Shown here one piece after another: positions 47,376 to 57,300 of a stretch of 64,000 nt of DNA. The first letter of the stretch is position 1, and each line of letters begins with the position of its first letter. The translations under genes and the position numbers were made by a program. Source of the stretch: Syntrophales bacterium (GTDB lineage: Bacteria; Desulfobacterota; Syntrophia; Syntrophales; UBA2210). The stretch spans positions 736,001 through 800,000 of the forward strand of contig CAXXNF010000001.1 of assembly GCA_963666365.2 (NCBI GenBank). The letters run 5' to 3'. The notes below the pieces were generated by a model, which was not told the origin of the DNA, searched no databases, and worked only from the letters and a program-made list of their open reading frames with translations.

Positions 47376-47466
47376 TAGGGACACTTCCCTATTTTTTGAC
47401 CATGCCGCACACGAAATACTGAGATATATTATATAGATATAAACCAAAAATAGGGAAGTGTCCCCT
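47376..47466. repeat. REPIN-like element, copy A (two inverted REP hairpins)
   Basis: TAGGGACACTTCCCTATTTTTTGACCATGC...ATATAGATATAAACCAAAAATAGGGAAGTGTCCC. Confidence 0.85.
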
Positions 47467-47700
47467 TAATCACAGCGCAGTATAAGAAAGTCCCCGGTGA
47501 GTGTCAAAATTAAAATAATGAAATCTGAAAGAAACAGTCTTCTTGGCAGCAAGGCAGTGCATCAAGTGTACTGCCGTTCAAAAACCATAAAAACGAGAGG
47601 GTTGATTTTGGCAATCATACCTGTTTAAATATTTTTACGCATGCCGGCGCCGCTTTCTTCGAAGCACACAGCCGACATTCAAAAAAAGGGGGGGCTAACC

Positions 47701-50700
47701 ATGATGGTACAGGGGGGATGTAAAAAAATTTTTAAAGTAATACAGGTCCTTTTCCTTACGGCAGTGTGGATGGCTGTAACCTTCGGATCGATGAGCCTTT
47801 CGGCGGCAGCGGAAAGGACGGCAGAGACACATCCTCAGGCGCGCTGTGCTGCAACGATCCATTCATCTCAATTGGTCCCGCTTTCTTCCGCTGCGCGGGA
47901 CCCCCTCGAGAATTGCATTGAAACGTTTTATATCGAAGACAACACACTGACTGCGGACGGAACGGAAGCCTCCTATTCAAAATTATGGCTCAAGTTCATC
48001 TGCCCCGGCGACCTTTGGTTCGACATACTCTATGAAGGGACGGTGTGTAACGACGTCGATAAGGTTGGAGGGTACATACAGGAGCCGGGGACCTCTATCA
48101 CCGAGGATACGCTTTGTTATGTGTATTACAAGGCCCCTGCGCTTGCACCGACCGAAGAGCTTTCCGGCACCATGGAGCTGATGCTTCGCGTGACCCATGA
48201 GCAAAGCGGACAGAGCAAAACAATCCCGGTCTACATCGAAATCGGCGAGTATATACCGCCTGTGACTTCCAACATCAGAATTTCCAGCGACGCCGCCTAC
48301 GTGGAATACGGAACCTCCTTCACCGCGAACATTGCGGTCTATAAAGACGGGGCGGTGGACAGAGAGACCCATAGCCTCCACATCACCAGCGAGCCGGCGG
48401 AATTCGGTTTTGAAGGAAACATTGAGGTAGTAGGCGGACAAACGTCCCTTGATTTTCAGGCGGGAAACAAAACCCTGGTGGATCTGATCGACGAGGAGGT
48501 TTTGAGTGATCTTCTCACCTATGACCGAATCACGATCACGGCGGTGGATAATGCCACCGGCGACAGTGCCACGTACAGTATTCCGCTGGGAAAACCCCTC
48601 AGCGTGTTCCTTGATCCCTATTATGACTCCGACATACACGCCATACTACCGGCGGATTCACATTTTCCCGTCAGAATTCTGGCCATTGTGGGGGGAAGCA
48701 GGGACGATCCCCGATGGGACCAGGGAGAAAACACAAAACAGAACCGGGAAGTTGCGATTGAACTCGTCAATGAAAGCGATTCCACCATGCCGTCATCGGG
48801 GACTCTGAACCAGGGAACACATGTCCCTGCAAAGACATACCACACCGATGAGTACGGGATAACATCAGACGCGGTCTATTATTATTACCATCTCTATGGA
48901 TACCATCTGGGCTGTCCCACCGGCACGATTCAGTGTCCGCAGTATGACAGAATCGTCGTCGAGGACAGTCTCACCGCTGTAGAAAAAACGGCCTCCGTTG
49001 CCACCGGCCTGCTTCTTGAGGTGAAGGACATTGCACACGCGGAACAGCCCAGCGGGGTGCTGCAAACCCCTGTGGCGATAAAGACCCGACTTTCTTCGCT
49101 CTTTTATCCCGATCTCGATCTTGAAGCGTTCAGTTCCCGTTTTGTCAGTCCTGAGGGAGGCGGTTATGAATATGGCATCAAGATGGAGATCAACTGGATA
49201 AACCAGCCGGAAAAGCTGGGATGGTGGGGGTATATTAAGAGTAAATTATCCGGGTCCAGTTCGACTGCCACCGCATATAACGGCGCCTGCGCCATTGACG
49301 AGAACGGGACGCTTATCGCCCGGGAGCAACCGGCAATTGAAGTGGGGGGACTGAATCTGCCCGGCATCACGATTAAAGAAACGGGCGCCTATTTTTTCAC
49401 GGTAAACTTCACACCGGTCGACCTTATAAGCGGAACCGAGTTTGAAGGCCCGGCGGAATTCGTGGGAAATAAAAGATATTGTTTCGGACTTGCCGTAAGC
49501 GATGCAAACGCTCCTTACATACAATTCATCGCCTGTGCACTGAATCCGGACAGCCACAAGGAAAAGGTTTTCCTGGAAATTGCCAAAAGGCTGGCCGCTC
49601 CCGGTGTAGTTTTCAAAAGACTGTTGCCCCTTGCCGATATCGCCTGCAAGCTTCAAAGCGGCCAGATGCGCGATGCCATGCTTGCCGCCGGGGCCTTTGT
49701 CGCCGGTGAAACGCTGAATATTATCGACAAAAGTTACGACATGTCTCTGTCCGAACGTGAGAAGGAGCTTCTGGAGCTTGCCCTGAAAACCAACCAGATT
49801 GCCGATTACCAGAGCTTTCTCGAAGCATTGCTGCCGGATGTGCGTGTTCCCTATTCAGCGGCGGATGACAATCTTGATGGTATATCCGAAGCGGAATTTC
49901 AGGACATGTTGAGTGCTTTTGTCGAAGGAATCCTGGGCGAAAATATCGCGGGAAAGCGGATCATCTCGGTCTTCGGCGCCAACAGCGCCGATGTTTTCGA
50001 TAATGCTGGGATTCACGCCCTTTCTGTAGACGACATAGGCGACGATCTCTCCAACCTGGGCGACATGATGACGGTTACAGCGGGGAATGTTGCCGTGTTC
50101 ATCGTTGACAATGACAAACATTACACACTGACCATAGAAAACGGAACCGATGCGGATATTCGCATCGACGATTCGGGCACACCCGATTATACCCTCTACT
50201 CTTTCGGCGCCGGTTCTTTCGCCACTGCCTCCCTGGAAGTTACGCCCGGCAACGACAATCCGGTGCGCGTCGACTATCAGGGGGACGGCACTGTCGATAA
50301 AGACCTGTGGCCCCTGGGGCATGTGGTGGAAGAACCGCGATTTACGGCCATCACCATATCGCCGCCCTCCGCCTTTATATTCCCCGGGGAGACGCAGCAA
50401 TTTACGGCGACGGCACGGGACCAATTCGGCAATGAAATGTCGGGCATTACGTTCGAGTGGTCAAGCAGCAACCCGGAGGCGGGCACGGTCGATATGACCG
50501 GATTATTCACGGCGATTACGGAAGGAGAAACTGTCGTGACGGCGACAAGCGGAGCCTGTGCCCGGGACGCGAAGATAAGCATACTCACCGCCCGGGAATG
50601 GGTGCGGCTCCTCGGCTCGCCGGGTTCCGAAGAAGGGCGGGATGTGGCCGTTGATTCGAACGGCAATGTGTACGTCGTCGGTACCACATGGGGAAACCTG

Positions 50701-51900
50701 GATGGCAACGTGAATAAGGGAGAATGTGATCTGTGTATCGTCAAGTACGATCCACAAGGGAACAGGCAGTGGACGAAGGTGCTCGGCACTTCGGGGCAAG
50801 ACTGCGGTGAAGGGATTGCCGTGGACGGGCAGAACAACCTGTACGTGACCGGGTGGACCTCGGGAGATCTGGACGGCAATGTCAATCCCGGCTATTGTTC
50901 TATTTTCTTGGCGAAATACGATACTGAGGGCACTGCACAATGGAGCAGGATCGTCGGTAATCAGGCCGGTAATTTTGCTCAGAATCTCGCCGTGGATGGA
51001 CAGGGCAATGTGTATGTGACCGGGTGGAGTTATGGAATCCTCGACGGCATTACTGCCGACAATGATGATATTTTCATTATGAAATTCGATGCATCCGGCA
51101 CGAGGCAGTGGACAAGGCTGCTCGGGTCTTCGGGTTATGATTTCGGTTTGGCCGTTGCCGTGGACGCAACCGGCAACAGCTATCTTACCGGATGTGTACA
51201 GGGGGCCATGGATGGGAACCCTTACGCAGGAGCATATGATGTCTTCGTGGCGAAGTACGATACTGAAGGCAACAAGCAGTGGACGAAGACCCTCGGAACC
51301 GCCGACGAAGACCGGGGGGAAGGCATTGCAGTGGATGCGGCGGGAAACAGTTACATAACCGGCTATACCCGCGGCGATCTGGATGGAAATACCTGTGCCG
51401 GCAGTGCAGATATTTTTGTGGCGAAGTACGACGGGGCGGGCAACAAGCTGTGGACGAAGCTCTTCGGCAGTACGGGCTATGATGCAGGCAATGATATAGC
51501 TGAGGACGGCGCGGGCAATGTATACGTCACCGGAATAACCTACACCGATTACACTGAATATATCTTTCTGACAAAGTACGATTCCTCAGGGGCGGTGCAG
51601 TGGGCGAGGCGTCTCGGTTCCCGGGGCTACGAGTACGGCACCGGAATCGCCTGTGTTTCCGGTAACAATTTTTATGTGACCGGCGCAACCGATGGGGACC
51701 TGGGCGGGAATGTCAATGGGGGAAGTTATGATGTTTTTGTCTGGCACCTTGATTACTCCAAGGACGGTATTGCCCTTGAAACGGTCATCCGGATACTGCA
51801 TGCGCTGACCGGTACGAACCCTGGCTCAATTCCCCTTGCCGCCGACGCAAGTGGAGAGGGAACAGTAGGCCTGGAAGACGCCATATATTTCCTCAAATAG
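47701..51900 (+). CDS. Large exported protein: unknown N-terminal region, Big_2 Ig domain, 7-bladed SBBP beta-propeller and a (possibly truncated) dockerin-like tail
   Basis: Signal-like N-terminus; GETQQFTATARDQFGN..WSSSNPEAGTVD..GLFTA; seven W...LG....D....AVD..GN.YVTG repeats; tail ADASGEGTVGLEDAIYFLK. Confidence 0.87.
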   Translation: MMVQGGCKKIFKVIQVLFLTAVWMAVTFGSMSLSAAAERTAETHPQARCAATIHSSQLVPLSSAARDPLENCIETFYIEDNTLTADGTEASYSKLWLKFICPGDLWFDILYEGTVCNDVDKVGGYIQEPGTSITEDTLCYVYYKAPALAPTEELSGTMELMLRVTHEQSGQSKTIPVYIEIGEYIPPVTSNIRISSDAAYVEYGTSFTANIAVYKDGAVDRETHSLHITSEPAEFGFEGNIEVVGGQTSLDFQAGNKTLVDLIDEEVLSDLLTYDRITITAVDNATGDSATYSIPLGKPLSVFLDPYYDSDIHAILPADSHFPVRILAIVGGSRDDPRWDQGENTKQNREVAIELVNESDSTMPSSGTLNQGTHVPAKTYHTDEYGITSDAVYYYYHLYGYHLGCPTGTIQCPQYDRIVVEDSLTAVEKTASVATGLLLEVKDIAHAEQPSGVLQTPVAIKTRLSSLFYPDLDLEAFSSRFVSPEGGGYEYGIKMEINWINQPEKLGWWGYIKSKLSGSSSTATAYNGACAIDENGTLIAREQPAIEVGGLNLPGITIKETGAYFFTVNFTPVDLISGTEFEGPAEFVGNKRYCFGLAVSDANAPYIQFIACALNPDSHKEKVFLEIAKRLAAPGVVFKRLLPLADIACKLQSGQMRDAMLAAGAFVAGETLNIIDKSYDMSLSEREKELLELALKTNQIADYQSFLEALLPDVRVPYSAADDNLDGISEAEFQDMLSAFVEGILGENIAGKRIISVFGANSADVFDNAGIHALSVDDIGDDLSNLGDMMTVTAGNVAVFIVDNDKHYTLTIENGTDADIRIDDSGTPDYTLYSFGAGSFATASLEVTPGNDNPVRVDYQGDGTVDKDLWPLGHVVEEPRFTAITISPPSAFIFPGETQQFTATARDQFGNEMSGITFEWSSSNPEAGTVDMTGLFTAITEGETVVTATSGACARDAKISILTAREWVRLLGSPGSEEGRDVAVDSNGNVYVVGTTWGNLDGNVNKGECDLCIVKYDPQGNRQWTKVLGTSGQDCGEGIAVDGQNNLYVTGWTSGDLDGNVNPGYCSIFLAKYDTEGTAQWSRIVGNQAGNFAQNLAVDGQGNVYVTGWSYGILDGITADNDDIFIMKFDASGTRQWTRLLGSSGYDFGLAVAVDATGNSYLTGCVQGAMDGNPYAGAYDVFVAKYDTEGNKQWTKTLGTADEDRGEGIAVDAAGNSYITGYTRGDLDGNTCAGSADIFVAKYDGAGNKLWTKLFGSTGYDAGNDIAEDGAGNVYVTGITYTDYTEYIFLTKYDSSGAVQWARRLGSRGYEYGTGIACVSGNNFYVTGATDGDLGGNVNGGSYDVFVWHLDYSKDGIALETVIRILHALTGTNPGSIPLAADASGEGTVGLEDAIYFLK

Positions 51901-51989
51901 GGACACTTCCCTATTTTTTGACCATGCTGCACGCAAAAATGCTAAATCATATTATATAGATATAAACCATAAATAGGGAAGTGTCCCTA
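51898..51989. repeat. REPIN-like element, copy B
   Basis: TAGGGACACTTCCCTATTTTTTGACCATGC...ATATAGATATAAACCATAAATAGGGAAGTGTCCCTA; same orientation as copy A with a similar spacer. Confidence 0.85.
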
Positions 51990-54125
51990 TTTAATGATCA
52001 GGGCGTCGGCGACACATACGCCCGTGGGATATACCATGAGCGGGTTGATGTCCAATTCCTTGATGTCGTCGGCGAAATCGACGGCAAGCTGCGATACTTT
52101 CAGGATTACATCGATCAGTGCATTGATATCGGCGGCCGGTTTGCCCCGGAGGCCCTGAAACACCGGAAACGCCTTGAGCTCTCGGATCATCTCTTCCGCA
52201 TCGCCGGCGGCGAGGGGGGCTACGCGGAATGATGCATCCTGAAGGACCTCGACGAATATGCCCCCCAGGCCGAACATGAGACAGGGACCGAAGACGGGGT
52301 CGCGGGTGACGCCCACAATAACCTCCAGGCCTTCCGGGAGCATTTCCTGCACCAGCACCCCGGAGATCACGGCCTCAGGGGCATGGGCCCTGACGTTGTC
52401 CATAATACGGGCATAGGCCTTCCGCACCTCCGCCTCTGCAGGGAGGGCAAGCATGATGCCCCCCGCTTCCGTTTTGTGGGGAATATCGGCAGACTGCACC
52501 TTCAGCACCACGGGGAAACCGATACGGTGTGCGCAGGCAGCGGCCTCGTCGGCGGAGTGAGCCAGCTCCTCTCTGGTGACAGGAATACCGTAGGCAGCGA
52601 GCGCCCGCTTTGCCTCATACTCGGTAAGTTCTGTAGTGGATCGCAGTATGGAGTGCGCCTTTTTCTTCGCGTCAGAGCGGATGTCCGGACCTTGGCCGGC
52701 CTCCAGGAAGGCTTTTCGCTTTTCCCCGTAGCGGACCAGCGAGGCTACTGCCTTTGCCGCATCCGACGCTTCCCGGATGATCGGGATTCCCTCCTTTTGA
52801 AATCGAGCGACCATTTCCTGCGACTGCGGCGAGGGGTCGTCCCACACAGGATAGAGAATCAGCGGTTTTGAGGTGGCACGGTAGAGCTTCAGCGTTTCAT
52901 CGATCAGCGTCGGTTCCGTATAGCTCATAAACACGCCCGGGGCGAAGACGATGTCGATCGCATCATCGTCGAAGATCGCCTGGAGGCACTTCACGTAAAG
53001 ATCCTGATCGGTCATGATTGCGGCAGTCATGTCAACGGGATTGCGCGCTGAGCCGTAGAAGGGGATGATCGCTCTTATTTTTTCCTGTGTCGATAATGGC
53101 AGTTCCGGAACATCAAGGCCGAATTTTTCGCACTGATCGGCCATATCCACGCCGGGGCCGCCGGAGTCCGTCAGAATCGCCGCGTTTCGTCCCTTCGGCA
53201 TCCGTCCGCATTGGTATACCCGGGCAAAGGCGGTGAAATCACGCAGTTCTTCAATACGAACAATGCCCATCTGTCGGAAGAAGGCATCGTAGATCCTGTC
53301 ATTACCCGCCAGGGACCCCGTATGGGATGCGGCCGCCCGCGTACCCGCCCCGGTCTTTCCGACTTTCTTGACCATGATCGGCTTTCCCGCCCGCAGGGCC
53401 GCTTCCGCCGCCTGCCTGAATTTCAATCCGTCCTTGGCGCCTTCGAGGTAGACGCCGAAAAGGCCTGTTCCCTTGTCCTGTACAAGATGGGAGATGAAAT
53501 CGAAAAATTGCAGATCCGCCTCGTTCCCCACGCTGATGAAGGCGCTGAAGTCTACCCCGTCCTGAAGCGCCTGCATAAAGGTCTTTTCACCGAAGGCGCC
53601 GCTCTGGGTTGCAAAGGCAAGGGTACCGGGTTTTTCAAACTCCACCTCCATAACATCCGAAAAAGAGGCCATGACCGCATTGCGGAAATAGATAAATCCC
53701 AGACAGTTAGGTCCCAGAATCCGCATGCCGCTCTGTCGCGCAATCGCGGCGATTTCCTGTTGCAGGGCCTTTCCCTCGGCACCTACTTCGGCAAAGCCCG
53801 AGGTGAAAACCACGGCCGCCTTCACCCCCTTTTCAGCGCACTGCCTCAGGGCGTCACGGGTTCCTTCGAGGGGAACGGCAATCACGGCAAGGTCGATTTC
53901 CCCGGGCACGGCCTCGACGGAGGGATAGCAGGCCAGTCCCGCCACATCCTGATACCGGGGATTTATCGGGTAGATGGAACCGGAATACTTTTTCTTCAGC
54001 AGCGCGGCAATGGGCCGGCCGCTCAACTTGCTCATGTTGGCGGAGGCGCCGATGATCGCAATCGAGCGGGGATTGAAAAAAAAATCCATCCCGGAGAGGT
54101 GTGCGTCGTTATTCTGTGAATTCAT
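51987..54125 (-). CDS. Acetate/acyl-CoA ligase (ADP-forming), alpha-beta fusion
   Basis: FNPRSIAIIGAS, RILGPNCLG, SVGNEAD, phospho-His ASHTGSLAG, ATP-grasp HKTEAGGI, ELDINPL. Confidence 0.92.
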   Translation of the reverse strand: MNSQNNDAHLSGMDFFFNPRSIAIIGASANMSKLSGRPIAALLKKKYSGSIYPINPRYQDVAGLACYPSVEAVPGEIDLAVIAVPLEGTRDALRQCAEKGVKAAVVFTSGFAEVGAEGKALQQEIAAIARQSGMRILGPNCLGFIYFRNAVMASFSDVMEVEFEKPGTLAFATQSGAFGEKTFMQALQDGVDFSAFISVGNEADLQFFDFISHLVQDKGTGLFGVYLEGAKDGLKFRQAAEAALRAGKPIMVKKVGKTGAGTRAAASHTGSLAGNDRIYDAFFRQMGIVRIEELRDFTAFARVYQCGRMPKGRNAAILTDSGGPGVDMADQCEKFGLDVPELPLSTQEKIRAIIPFYGSARNPVDMTAAIMTDQDLYVKCLQAIFDDDAIDIVFAPGVFMSYTEPTLIDETLKLYRATSKPLILYPVWDDPSPQSQEMVARFQKEGIPIIREASDAAKAVASLVRYGEKRKAFLEAGQGPDIRSDAKKKAHSILRSTTELTEYEAKRALAAYGIPVTREELAHSADEAAACAHRIGFPVVLKVQSADIPHKTEAGGIMLALPAEAEVRKAYARIMDNVRAHAPEAVISGVLVQEMLPEGLEVIVGVTRDPVFGPCLMFGLGGIFVEVLQDASFRVAPLAAGDAEEMIRELKAFPVFQGLRGKPAADINALIDVILKVSQLAVDFADDIKELDINPLMVYPTGVCVADALIIK

Positions 54126-54343
54126 CCTGTTCCTTTCTCACATTCCGCAATTATTTTTGATCTCTTGTGCATGATGCCCAAGGGGAGTATATGAGGGAGG
54201 GAAATTCCCTGTCAAGTTGATTCTCAGGTGTGCGTCACCTTGACAGGACTGTGTCCCTTCCCTATACTTCGGAGGATGGAACATCCCCTCGGAACAGAAA
54301 ATAACGGAAGCGGATCGGCGGATGCCGGGAAAGGTGTCATTGT

Positions 54344-57300
54344 ATGACGTGGCTGGGAATGTGCGTTGGAGCCTCAACACTCTCAATGGTTGAGATCGTC
54401 TCCGAATCCAACCGCAGACCGTCGGTATCTAGGGTGTATACAGAACCGCATCACGGCAATCCCCAGGACCTGTTTATGCGGACGATGGAGGGGGTAGAAC
54501 CGGACCGCTATGCAGGCATCGCCCTTACGGGGAGATCCTTCCGCCACAGCGTGAATCTTTCCTCCATTTCCGAACCGGAAGCGGTTGAAGAGTCACTGCG
54601 CTATGTCAACGGCCCTGGCCGGCCCGTGCAGGCCGTGGTCAGTGCCGGCGGCGAGACCTTTATCCTCTATGTGCTTGGAAAAGACAGCCAGATTTCTTCG
54701 ATCCAGGCGGGCAACAAATGCGCCTCAGGAACGGGGGAATTTTTTCTTCAGCAGATTCGAAGGATGGGCCTTTCGGTCGACGAAGCCGTCGCCATGGCCG
54801 CCCGTGAAGATCCCTATCGAGTGTCGGGCCGATGCAGCGTGTTCTGCAAAAGCGATTGCACCCACGCGCTGAACAAGGGCATTCCCAAGGGACGTGTCGC
54901 CGGGGGGCTCTGCAGAATGATGGCGGCCAAAGTGCTGGAAATCATCAAACAGGTCCCCAAACGGGATATTATGATCATAGGCGGGTGCGCCAGAAATTCC
55001 GTCATGATGGACTGTCTGAAAGGAGAAATAGAACATCTCCGGATCCCCGAAGAGGCGCCCTACTTCGAAGCCCTGGGGGCCGCCCTCTGGGCCTCGACCC
55101 ATGAGACGCTCCCCTTTCCCTCTCAGGCGCATCTTCTGAATGGAAAGGGAAGTCTCTTTTACCGTCTTCCCCCTCTCGCCGAGGCGGAGTCGATGGTCGA
55201 ATTCCGGGAGAGTGCCCCTGGGCAGGCGCAACCGGGCGATCGCTGCATCCTGGGTCTGGACGTGGGATCGACGACAACAAAGGCGGTGCTTGTGCGCGCT
55301 GCAGACAACAAGATCCTTGCCTCCATCTATCTGCGCACCGAGGGTGATCCAGTGGGGGCATCCCGGCGATGCTATGGCGCACTTGTCGAGGACTTGGACG
55401 ATGTGGCCGACAGGGTGAAGATTGTCGGACTGGGGGTCACGGGATCGGGACGGCAGATCGCCGGCCTTCACTCCATGACGGAGGGCGTGATCAACGAAAT
55501 TATCGCCCATGCAACAGGTGCGCTCCATTTTGACGAAGAGGTCGATACGATCTTCGAAATCGGCGGACAGGATGCCAAGTACACCTCCATTACCAACGGC
55601 GTCGCCTCGGACTATGCGATGAATGAGGCCTGCAGCGCCGGCACCGGATCGTTCCTGGAAGAAGCGGCCCACGAAACGCTGGATGTGGGAATGGAAGAAA
55701 TTGCGGATCACGCCCTGCGGGGAAGTTCTCCCCCCAATTTCAACGACCAGTGTGCGGCCTTTATCAGCAGCGACATAAAGAATGCCTTTAATGAAGGGAT
55801 CGGCCGGGACGATATTCTGGCCGGCCTCGTCTATTCCATCTGCATGAACTACACCAATCGTGTCCGCGGGAACAGACCGGCGGGGCGCAAGATCTTCATG
55901 CAGGGCGGCGTCTGCTATAACCGCGCCGTGCCCCTCGCAATGGCGACTCTTACGGGGAAGCCCATCGTCGTGCCCCCTGAGCCTGGATTGATCGGCGCCC
56001 TGGGCGTTGCCCTGGAAATCAAACGGCGCATGGCCCTGGGATTCATGAAGGAACAGTCCTTTTCCCTGAAAGCGCTGCGCGACCGCGCCATCGACTACGG
56101 AAAGCCCTTCATCTGCGACGGCGGCAAGGAGAAGTGCGACCGCAAATGCGAGATCGCCCGCATCAGGCTTGAAGGAAAGACCTACCCCTTCGGCGGCGCC
56201 TGCAACCGCTGGTACAATCTTCGCAGTAATATCCGGGTGGATGCCGAGTCCCTGAATCGGGTGGGTCACTTCGAAAAATGTGTGTTTGAGCATGGGACGC
56301 AACAACACAGGACTCCCTGTTCTATTAATGGGGACGCTCCCTCTCCCTTGAAGGGAGAGGGTTGGGGTGAGGGTGGAAAAAACAGCAAGTCCGGCACACG
56401 CCTTCCGTGTGCGGAAGAAGACGGAATAAGCACCGCCGCGCCGACTATCGGCATCAACAAGTCCTTTCAGGTCAATACCTATTTCCCTCTCTATGCTCAC
56501 TTTTTTACCCGCCTCGGCTACAGGGTGATTCTTGCAAAAGAGGCCCGTGAGGAAGGCATGGATCGCAAGAGCGCCCCCTTCTGCTATCCCGCCGAGATTG
56601 CCCACGGTTATTTTTTCGACCTTCTGGAGTGCAATCCCGACTGGCTCTTTCTTCCCATGGTGCGGGCCGATTTTGTGCAGGGAGGATTGAAGGAGGGAAT
56701 CAACTGTCCGCTTTCGCAGGGCGAGCCCTTTTACCTGGCATCGGCCTTTAAGGACCACCGGGTATACAAAAGATTAAAAACCGAGGGGAGGATTCTCGAT
56801 CCCGTCATTGATTTCTCAAAGGGGATCGAGCATGCCGAGACTGCCTTCATCGGCATGGCGCGCATGCTCGGGAAGGGGCGGAAAGAGGGGCGAAGCGCCT
56901 TCCGCCAGGCCCTTTCAATTCAAAAGGAAATCTTCCGGTCCATGGAAGAAGAAGGGCGCGAATGCCTGGCTCGTCTCGAAAAGCACCCCGACGATTTCGC
57001 CGTGGTGATCTTCGGAAGATCCTACAACGCCTTCGTGTCCGAAGCCAACATGGGCATTCCGAACAAATTCGCCTCCCGGGGGATCGAGGTGATTCCCCTG
57101 CCCTATCTTCCCATGACTGAACCGGTCGGCGACGACGATATGTACTGGTCCGCGGGGCAGCGCATCCTCAAGGGGGCGCGGCTTGCAGCAAAACACCGCC
57201 AGCTCTTCGGCTGCTATATCACCAATTTTTCCTGCGGTCCCGATTCCTTCCTTGTGGGTTATTTCAGGGACATCATGGAAAAAAAACCGTCGCTTACCCT

